Assembly (NCBI GenBank): GCA_016290885.1
Contig: JAEEVN010000017.1
Coordinates: forward strand, 1 to 22,453
Direction of reading: 5' to 3'
Length of the DNA: 22,453 nucleotides
From: Bacillales bacterium
Lineage (GTDB): Bacteria > Bacillota_I > Bacilli_A > RF39 > UBA660
Below are positions 9,091-16,925 of the stretch, in pieces. How positions within the stretch are numbered: the stretch's first letter is position 1; the number at the start of each line of letters is the position of its first letter. A program made the translations under genes and the position numbers. The notes beneath the pieces are model-generated. The model was not told the DNA's origin and ran no database searches. It saw nothing but the letters and a program-made list of their open reading frames with translations.

Positions 9091-9134
9091 TTTTTGTTGT
9101 TTATTTGAAATATTATTTGTATATTTGTATTATC
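9091..9134 (+). promoter_or_regulatory. Promoter P2, Bacteroidota sigma-A type (paralog of P1), upstream of the helicase leader
   Basis: TAtaTTTG lies at 9120-9127 and an upstream TTTG at 9093-9096. The ungapped 44-nt alignment to 8738-8781 has 36 matches. Confidence 0.55.
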
Positions 9135-9160
9135 AAAATAAGAGAGCTAACAGAAAACCA

Positions 9161-9245
9161 AGATTGTTATTAAAAATTAAGTTTATAACTTTCAGAAATT
9201 AATATTATAAAAGTAGAGTGTTTAATTACATTCTTATTTTTTATA
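9161..9245. repeat. Imperfect direct repeat A in the non-coding region
   Basis: It shares blocks with 9341-9420: agatt..attaaaa(a/t)ttaagttta ... tattat/tataaaaagt ... attcttattttttt. Confidence 0.6.
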
Positions 9246-9340
9246 TAATTTTGTAACTTTTTTTGGGGAAGTTCTCTTAAAGAAATAAAAAAGTAACATA
9301 AAAAGAACAAAAAAAAGAGTAGAAATTTAATGTAAAATTA

Positions 9341-9420
9341 AGATTAGGATTAAAATTTAAGTTTACAGATTTGAAGTACTTTATATTATTAATATAAAAA
9401 GTTATTCTTATTTTTTTACC
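9341..9420. repeat. Imperfect direct repeat B in the non-coding region
   Basis: This is the partner of 9161-9245. It contains an 8-bp AT inverted repeat, tttatatt/aatataaa, at 9380-9398. Confidence 0.6.
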
Positions 9421-9516
9421 ATTAGATGTCGGAAAAAAGTCAAAACAAGGTATATAGATAATTAAAAAAAATGACAGGTAATTTATAACAATCTAATAAT
9501 CAACAAATTAAAAATT

Positions 9517-11211
9517 ATGAAATATTTAAGCGAAATTAGGAAAAATCTTCCAGAAAATTGTCTTTTTGATAAAGGAAAGGTAGGTTGTGGAGGTACAACC
9601 TTAGCTTTAGAGAATGATGAGCCTTATGTTGTCTGTGTTCCATTTCAGTCTTTAATTGAAAATAAAATTAAACAATACCCAGAAGGTAAGATAATAGGAG
9701 TAATGGAAGGGGTAGGAATTATGGATATTAAATACTACCTTAGAGAGGTAAAAATACCTAAAATTATGGTTACTTACGACTCATTACCTAAAGTATTATC
9801 TTGTATTAATCCACAAGAATTTAATCTTTTAATAGATGAATATCATATACTACTTACTCAGTATGCTTTTAGAAGTGAAGCAATTAATAATGTATTAAAT
9901 AATTTTAAATTATTTAAAAAATGGTGTTTTATGACAGCAACACCTATAGAAGAAGAGTTTATTTTAGATGAACTAAAAGATATACCGATAGTAAGACAGA
10001 GTTGGAATGATGTTTTAAATACGAAAGTTATAACAGTTAAATGTGATAGTGTAAAGGCAAGCACAATTAAGTTAATTAAATCTCATTTATCTGGTAAAAT
10101 TGAAGGTAATGCTTATTTATTTGTAAATTCTACTAAGTTTATTAAAGATTTAATTAATACTTTAAAATTAAACTCAGAAAACACCAGAGTTATTTATTCT
10201 AAAGGTAATAAAATTCAGTTAGGTATTGAAAGAGGTTCTACTTTAGATGCTCCGAAGAAAATAAACTTTTTAACTAGTACAGCATTTGAGGGTTCTGATA
10301 TTTATGATGAGGAAGGTAAAATTTATGTTATAAGTGATAACACTTACACTCACACTTTACTTGATATTAGTACTTCAATTCAGCAAATATCTGGTCGTAT
10401 TAGAAACAGTAAGTATATCAATACAATTTGTCATTTATTTAATACTTCTAGATATAATGGATTATCTTATAAAGAGTTTAAAGAGAATCAAGATGAATTA
10501 GAGAGAACAGCACTTAAAATTATAAAAACTTATAATAGTTTAGATGAGATAGCTAGAAAAGATATTATATCAAACAATATCTATATTTATAAATCATCAG
10601 ATAATTATTTTAACTTAGACCATAATATGATGTTAGTTGATTCTTTTAATTATAATATTCTCAACACTTATCAAGTAAGAGTTAATTTAACAGATGCATA
10701 TTGTAAGCAGTCATTTGAAATAACTACTCAACAAGATATTATAAAAATAAAAAATTTAAATTTAAATAATACAGAGTCTAAAACATTTAAAGATATAATA
10801 TTAGAATTAAGAAAAGAGAAAGAGAATAAATATAGTTTAAAATATGATGAATTACTTCAACAATATTCTTATGATTATCCTTTTTTAAAAGAAGCTATTA
10901 ATAAACTAGGCTTTGAAAAGATCGAAACTTTACGTTATGTACAGAAAGATATTAAAGATGCTTTAATAAAGATTGATAATCTTTCTTTAGATGTTAAAGT
11001 TACTAAGAGATTAAACTTAAAAACTGGAGACTTTATAAGTAAAGCAGATTGTAAGAAGAAATTAACAGATTTATTCTCTATTTTAGAAATTAAAGAGAAA
11101 CCTAGTGCATCAGATATAACTAAATGGTATGATGTTAAAGAGAATCGTTTAACCATTAAAGGTAAGAGAGTAGAAGGATACACAATTATAAGACCAAAAT
11201 TTAGAATTTAA
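9517..11211 (+). CDS. SF2 (DExH-type) helicase-like replication protein with a C-terminal DNA-binding-like domain
   Basis: 564-aa uninterrupted ORF with zero TAG. Motifs are GKVGCGGTT (P-loop position, no Lys), LIDEYH (motif II), MTATP (motif III) and QQISGRIRN (motif VI). Confidence 0.7.
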   Translation: MKYLSEIRKNLPENCLFDKGKVGCGGTTLALENDEPYVVCVPFQSLIENKIKQYPEGKIIGVMEGVGIMDIKYYLREVKIPKIMVTYDSLPKVLSCINPQEFNLLIDEYHILLTQYAFRSEAINNVLNNFKLFKKWCFMTATPIEEEFILDELKDIPIVRQSWNDVLNTKVITVKCDSVKASTIKLIKSHLSGKIEGNAYLFVNSTKFIKDLINTLKLNSENTRVIYSKGNKIQLGIERGSTLDAPKKINFLTSTAFEGSDIYDEEGKIYVISDNTYTHTLLDISTSIQQISGRIRNSKYINTICHLFNTSRYNGLSYKEFKENQDELERTALKIIKTYNSLDEIARKDIISNNIYIYKSSDNYFNLDHNMMLVDSFNYNILNTYQVRVNLTDAYCKQSFEITTQQDIIKIKNLNLNNTESKTFKDIILELRKEKENKYSLKYDELLQQYSYDYPFLKEAINKLGFEKIETLRYVQKDIKDALIKIDNLSLDVKVTKRLNLKTGDFISKADCKKKLTDLFSILEIKEKPSASDITKWYDVKENRLTIKGKRVEGYTIIRPKFRI

Positions 11212-11312
11212 TTTAGATAAAATGTTAAAAACTAGAATTAGACTTAAACAATTATTATATTTTTAAATTTAAATATTTCCAAACTTTATATAAGTAACCT
11301 ATTTAATCAACT

Positions 11313-11453
11313 ATGACAACAGCACTTATTACATTAATTACATTTTTATTTATCCTTTTTATAGGATTAGGGAGTATTTATTTAATATTAACCATTATTT
11401 TTAGAAGTTATGAAATTTACTACAGAACAAGAGAGTATCAATTATTTTATTAA
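11313..11453 (+). CDS. Small single-pass membrane protein (46 aa)
   Basis: The frame is open from ATG at 11313 to TAA at 11451-11453, and the core LITLITFLFILFIGLGSIYLILTIIF is hydrophobic. It overlaps the next CDS, so it is uncertain. Confidence 0.3.
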   Translation: MTTALITLITFLFILFIGLGSIYLILTIIFRSYEIYYRTREYQLFY

Positions 11454-11844
11454 ATGGTTGTAGTAGCATAAATTTGAGAATATACAACCAACTTAGAATG
11501 ATCAACCTTTTTGTTGGTATGATATAGAAGCAGAAAGGTTAGGTAAAAAATATCGTTTTGAACTAAAACGAAGAAATATGTTATCAACTAAATACAATGA
11601 TGGTATTTGTGAATGTTATAAATATAAAGCGTTTAAGAATGCTTTAGAAGAAAAAGTAATAAATGAGGGTTATTTAGTATGTTTATTTGATGATTGTATT
11701 ACTTTAAGTTCATTTAAAACGACACCTTTATATGAAGATGTAGTTTATGCAAATAAGACTACTGATTTTGAAAATAAAAACCAAGTTAAAAAACATTTTA
11801 TTCACTTTAAACAAAATTACAAATATGAATACGTAGATTTTTAA
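11410..11844 (+). CDS. PD-(D/E)XK nuclease-like protein, 3 TAGs including a tandem TAG-TAG
   Basis: ATG at 11410 is in frame 1 with track ORF 11578..11844, and the frame is open except for TAGs. WYDIEAERLGKKYRFELKRR fits the D-x(n)-E-x-K pattern. Confidence 0.4.
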
Positions 11845-12130
11845 TATTATAAATAAAAGTAACACAATAGAAAAAACTGTATTTAAACTAATGTCCTATA
11901 TAAAGTATGAAGATATACAAGATATTATATAGGATTTATATTTAGAGGTTTTTAATATTCCAGAAGGTAAGTTAAATGATTTATATAATCAAGGTTAGAT
12001 GAATCTACTTAATTATGTAGCTAGTATTTGTATTTATAATTTAACTAACCAGAAATCGAGAGTTTTAAAGAAATATCAGTATAATATTAATTATATATCT
12101 ATAGAAGAATATGGCAGTAACGAAGATTGA
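11825..12130 (+). CDS. Sigma-70/ECF-like factor, region-2-like half; 3 TAGs
   Basis: Frame 2 is open from ATG at 11825 (alternative start ATG at 11891) to TGA at 12128-12130. EDIQDII-Q-DLYLEVF and LLNYVASICIYNLTNQKSR resemble the sigma region 2 pattern (DxxQExF...WLxxIAxNxxxDxxR). Confidence 0.4.
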
Positions 12131-12383
12131 ATTTAATAATGAGAAATTAAAGGAAGCATTAAAACCTTTTAAAGATGACTTATCACATTTAACAGATGGA
12201 GTAAGTCTTGATGATAACTAGTTATGTAAATTAACAAGGTTTAAAAAGTTAAATCCTACAGAGTAGTCTATTTTTTATTTATATGCTAAATTTGGAGGTA
12301 CAGAAGCTGCTAAATTATTAGGAGTTTCAAGGACTTATGTTTATAAGATAGTTAATAACTCGTTAAGTAAAATAAACAAATGA
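12111..12383 (+). CDS. Sigma-70/ECF-like factor, region-4-like HTH half; 2 TAGs
   Basis: Frame 0 runs from ATG at 12111 to TGA at 12381-12383 and overlaps the previous CDS by 20 nt. LNPTE-Q-SIFYLYAKFGGTEAAKLLGVSRTYVYKIVNNSLSKI is a typical region 4.2 helix-turn-helix. Confidence 0.45.
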
Positions 12384-12727
12384 CAATAATTCTTATAACT
12401 TTTATAATTACTTATGTGATTGATGTAGTTGGGTTTATACCCAACTTATTTGCGTAGATTTTATCTTTTATCTTTAAAAAGCAAATAACTCCAGATAAAA
12501 TTAAATTACCTTATATATTGTAGTGTTCACTTTGTTGTACTACTTGGTCAGTCTTATTATATTTATTAATAACTCACCCAATAAGTTTTAATTTAATTAT
12601 ATTATATATAGCAGTATCTTTAGTTGCGGGATATTCTACAACTTATATTACTATTTTAATTAATCTTATAAATAAGTTCTTAATTAACTTTTTTTGTAGA
12701 TTAGAAAAATTGATTACAAAGATTTAA
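12380..12727 (+). CDS. Multi-pass membrane protein (115 aa), 2 TAGs
   Basis: ATGA overlap with the previous stop. Three or four hydrophobic segments. The frame is open except for TAGs and ends at TAA at 12725-12727. Confidence 0.45.
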
Positions 12728-12757
12728 AATTTAATATTATATATTAAAAAAATTATT

Positions 12758-13015
12758 ATGACTGATTTAGAAATTGCATTAATAGAACAACATTTAGAAG
12801 AAATAAAGAAAGTTATAGCTAATAAGTCTGGGTGTTTATCACCTGGACTTATTAAACTAATTGAAGAGTTAGGATTTAAGTATTATAAAGGATTTTGTGT
12901 TAAATGTAATGCTGGGAGATTTAATATATTATCTAGGTTGTATCATCAATATTTAGAGGATTATGGCAAACGTATCAAAAAGCGAAAAGAAACTAAAGTT
13001 TCTAAAAATATTTGA
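12758..13015 (+). CDS. Hypothetical protein (85 aa)
   Basis: Track ORF with no TAG and a TGA stop. A TTATATATTA box lies 12 nt upstream. Confidence 0.45.
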   Translation: MTDLEIALIEQHLEEIKKVIANKSGCLSPGLIKLIEELGFKYYKGFCVKCNAGRFNILSRLYHQYLEDYGKRIKKRKETKVSKNI

Positions 13016-13301
13016 AGCAAATATGGGGATGGTAACTACATCTTGTAGAAAGTTTGGAATCACAACTGCTACATTTTATAATTGGTGTAAGTGCTATCCT
13101 TGGTTTAAAGAAAGAGTAGATGTAATACAAGATAGTATCAGAGATTATGGAGAATGTGCTTTACTTGAAAAGATAAAGCAAGGAGATACTAAAGCAATTC
13201 TTTTTTACTGTGATAGAAAATTAAAAGATAGAGGTTATGTACAACGTACAGAACAACAAGTAAATATTGATAATAGTGTTATAGAATTAGAAATAAAATG
13301 A
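12963..13301 (+). CDS. terS: Terminase small subunit (HTH type)
   Basis: KFLKIFEANMGMVTTSCRKFGITTATFYNW is the typical TerS N-terminal HTH. It sits directly upstream of TerL and is coupled to it by an ATGA overlap. It has no TAG. Confidence 0.7.
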   Translation: MANVSKSEKKLKFLKIFEANMGMVTTSCRKFGITTATFYNWCKCYPWFKERVDVIQDSIRDYGECALLEKIKQGDTKAILFYCDRKLKDRGYVQRTEQQVNIDNSVIELEIK

Positions 13302-14566
13302 AAGTAATATTACCACCTATGGAATAGTACCAAAAAGACGTACTATATTATATAAATAATAACCCAAAAAATAAAACAATTGTTATTAAATCTCCACGAC
13401 AGGTTGGTAAAAGTTCATTATTAGAAATATTACTTATATACTTTTCTTTAAAAGAAAAAGACAGTGTTAGTATAGCAATATCACCTATCGCAGCACAAGC
13501 AAGAAAGTTATATAAAGATACAGTTAAAATAGCAAAACAACTAATTAAAAGTGAAAATGCTTCTTTATTAGAAGTTGAATTTATAAACGGAAGTATAGTT
13601 AAGTTTTTTTCAGCTGAATCTGGAGATAATCTTAGAGGTCATAATGTAAAAGGAAGTGGGTTAGTAGTTGTAGATGAGGCAGCTTATATAAAAGATGATT
13701 TCTACTGGAGTGTAGTAGTACCTTTTGTTAATGTAAGTCATAACGATATAATAATAGCTTCAACTCCTAAATATACACAAGGATTATTTTATAATCTTTA
13801 TATGTAGGGTTTAAATGAAGAGAATACTAAAACTTTTGATTGGACTAATTATGACTTATCTAAGTATTTAACTCCAGATTTATTAAATAAGTATAGTAAA
13901 GAAATGCCTAAATTAGCTTTTTAGAGTGAGTATTTAGGTTAGTTTATAAGTGGAGGTAGTGTTTTATTTACTAATTTAAAAGAATGTGTTGGAGAGCCTT
14001 ATTTTAACAATTAGAATGAATTAATTATTGGTATTGATTGGTCAGCTGGAGTTGGTGCAGACGATACTGCTATTATTTTAGGTTAGTTATTAAATAATAA
14101 AATAAATATTAAAGAGTGTATAACTTTTAATGATAAAACACCTAATCAAACTATAGATTATATTTTAAATATAATTAAAGATTATAGTGATTATAAAGAT
14201 ATAACTTTAATTGTTGAGAAAAATTCTATAGGTAGTATTTATTATAAATTACTAGCTGAGAAGTTAGATGAATATTAGGATTTATACAACAGTGGAGTAT
14301 CTTATAATAATGAGTTGAATCTTAATATAATTAGTTTTAATACAACTAATTCAAGTAAAAAGAGAATAATAGAATAGTTAATAACTGTGTTTTAGAATTT
14401 ATAGATAGTTATTACAGATAATAAAAAACTAATAAGTGAATTAACAACATACGAATGTCAAGTTAAAGATAGCGGACTTATTACTTATAATGCATAGTCT
14501 GGATATCACGATGATTTAGTTATGAGTTTAGCTTTTATAGTGGATTATTGTTGGTCTTATTTATAA
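13298..14566 (+). CDS. terL: Terminase large subunit, about 11 in-frame TAGs
   Basis: Frame 2 has no TAA or TGA from ATG at 13298 to TAA at 14564-14566. Motifs are Walker A SPRQVGKSS, Walker B LVVVDEAAY, nuclease motifs IGIDWSAGVGADDTA and GYHDDLVMSLA, and AF-TAG-SEYLG-TAG-F. The standard-code track shows no ORF here at all. Confidence 0.9.
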
Positions 14567-14567
14567 T

Positions 14568-15032
14568 ATGAAGGTAGAAATTTTAAATAAAATTATTACA
14601 GAGTTTTAGAAGTATTATAAAGATAAAATAATAAAAACTGGACATAATGCTTCTGGTTAGTTAGCTAACACTTAGTCGTTTGAGGTAGAATATAATAACG
14701 ATAATTGGCTTATAACTCTTAAAATGGAGGAATATTGGAAGTATCTTGAATATGGTAGAAAATCTGGTAAGATGCCACCTATTGATGATATACTATCGTG
14801 GATAAATGTTAAAAAAATACTACCTAGAGGTAATAAAAAACCTATAACTAAAAAATAGTTAGCTTATGTGATAGCTAGAAGTATTGGAAAAAAAGGTTTA
14901 CCAGCAACACATTTACTTGAAAAAAGTATGACTGAATTTAATTTTAAAAATAAAGTATTAAGGGTAATATTTCAAAAACATAAAGAAGAGTTAGATAAAC
15001 ATTTTACATTATTTTATGAAGGAAAACTATGA
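14568..15032 (+). CDS. HK97 gp10-like head-tail joining / tail completion protein, 4 TAGs
   Basis: Frame 0 runs from ATG at 14568 to TGA at 15030-15032. GHNASG-Q-LANT ... YWKYLEYGRKSGKMPPIDDILSWI resembles the gp10-family pattern (recalled, not searched). Confidence 0.45.
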
Positions 15033-15643
15033 ATTGGAGTGATATAACATTAAGGTAGTTTAATAAACTACAGGATATATTTGAAGTAGAGGATAGTTAC
15101 ACAGTTTGTAATATAATTGATCTTATATGGGGAATTGATTCAAGTAATTTACCTTTAAATTAGTTTATAGAATATAAGGAGAAACTTGAATTTCTTAAAC
15201 AACCTATAACACCTATTAAAAATATACCTTTAAAAATTACAGTTAATAATAGAACTTATAATACTAACGTTAATTTAACAGAAATTAAAGTAGCTTAGTA
15301 TATTGATTACCAAAACTATTGTAAAAACCCAAAATATAATGAATTACTATCTGTATTTATAATTCCAGAAGGGCATAATTATAATGATGGGTATGATTTA
15401 CAACAAGTAAAAGAAGATATTTTAGATTTACCTATTGATTTAGTTTATGGAATTAACTTTTTTTTTCTTCAATTTTATCTAGAGTTCATCAGAACTTTCC
15501 TTTACTTTTTCAAGAAAGAATTAAAGACGATGAACTTAACTCAGGAGAAGAAAAAGTAGATTCAAAAGGAATTACAAGTTTTGGAATAGTCCCTTATATC
15601 TCAAGAGTATGTAGAGAATTTAATGAAAACTGGGATAGTATAA
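15029..15643 (+). CDS. Tail-assembly-chaperone-like protein, zero frame (3 TAGs before 15550, then TAGs at 15557 and 15587)
   Basis: Frame 2 runs from ATG at 15029 (ATGA overlap) to TAA at 15641-15643. The product ends at 15559 if the TAG just after the slippery site terminates translation. Confidence 0.5.
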
Positions 15644-15744
15644 TGAATAAATCAGTGAGTTTACTATTTTATTTAATGTCTTTTTGTTTAGTAAAAGATA
15701 AAGAATAGGATAAAATGTTAAAACAAATTAGAAATAAAAAATGA
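15457..15744 (+). CDS. -1 frame extension with no start codon of its own (putative frameshift product C-terminus)
   Basis: Frame 1 is open for 95 codons from 15457 to TGA at 15742-15744, with no ATG, GTG or TTG until near 15650. It encodes a protein-like sequence (GITSFGIVPYISRVCREFNENWDSIMNKSVSLLFYLMSF). It overlaps the zero frame across the T9 run (15458-15466) and G_AAA_AAG (15550-15556). Confidence 0.45.
15550..15559 (+). promoter_or_regulatory. Candidate -1 slippery heptamer G_AAA_AAG immediately followed by TAG
   Basis: The zero-frame codons are aag-aaa-aag-tag. A_AAG-type slippery sites are established -1 frameshift sites (dnaX, tail chaperones). Confidence 0.4.
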
Positions 15745-16925
15745 TTACTCAAACAAGAGATTTTTCTGATAATGACGTTATAGCAACACTACAATTTTCA
15801 ACGCCAATTCCGGAGTCTAAGACGTATCCGTTTACTGTTAAATTAAGTGCGGACGGGCAGACCTGGACAGAGGTTGTATTTTATGGAAACAAATTTATAA
15901 ACGCTGGTGAAACTAAAGTTAAATTAAATATCACACCGTTTATACAGATGTTGACATATAAACCGACTTATGATGAGCTGTATAATATGGAATTGGCAAC
16001 TGCTGTTGAGAATTTTGTTATTAAAACAGTACAAGTTAACTTATATAATGATTATGTTGCACCTGAGTATCTATTGGGCACACAATATGTTACAGCGGTT
16101 GATATTATAAGATACCCTAACTATCACGACAGATTAGAGGTGATGATTGGTGATGATGTAGTCACTCAAGATTCTAACGTTATTCAAACTTTGATACAAG
16201 GTAACGGGCACGAATTTACTCCAGGTAAAATATTTCCTAAAGACTTTGGTGATTCAACTGGTGAAAATATGCTGCTGACTCCAGTATTTCCTATGAGAAC
16301 ACAAGGAACTTGGGCAGTTTCCGATATATTTATAGGTTACCAATGTGCAAATATCACAAGTGATGTTTATGTGACTTATAAATATTTAGGATTTGATAGT
16401 TAGAGTGTTTTAATAGATAACATACAAGGTACAGCTGTTAAATCTGGTTATTTGCATTTACAATATAACGATCCAACTTTTCCAGTTGACTCAGTATATT
16501 TTGAAATAAACGGGGATTACACTAAAATAGCAAATATTGACTTCGCTCCGTGCAGCAGATACTATTTAATGTGGCAGGACAGGTACAGCGGGTTCCAGTG
16601 TCAGCCGTTTGAGAAAGCTTCAACATATAAGGAGCAATTCAAATACGATGAGATCCAAAAGGCGAATCTGACCCGTGTCAAAACTCAGACTGATGTCCAA
16701 CCATCGTGGGAAATAAACTCAGGCTGGATTGACGCTGATGTTTACCCCTGTTATGAGTCAATATTTATAAGCCGAAGTCTGACCTTGATTGACACCGTCG
16801 ATAACATAAATTACAATGTAATTGTTAAAGACACATCTTATACTGAGAAAACATTCAGAAACCAAAATAGAAAAATGTTTAATCTAAAATTAAACTTAGA
16901 ATTAGCTAAGAAACAAGTATGCTGA
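15741..16925 (+). CDS. Tail/baseplate protein (distal-tail-like?), 1 TAG at 16401
   Basis: Track ORFs 15741..16403 and 16452..16925 share frame 0 and are joined through a single TAG. The composition is higher-GC. The function is guessed from position upstream of the large tail protein. Confidence 0.5.

Noticed and set aside
9161-9420. CRISPR array in the non-coding region
   Set aside because: There are only two copies, and they are imperfect and AT-rich. They are about 80 nt long and separated by about 95 nt of similar composition. There is no short, regular repeat-spacer periodicity.
11470-15086. Additional TAnnTTTG matches inside coding regions (for example near 11470, 12290 and 15079)
   Set aside because: An isolated 8-mer with two free positions is expected by chance in AT-rich DNA. 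These matches lack the extended cassette shared by P1 and P2, and they lie within CDSs.
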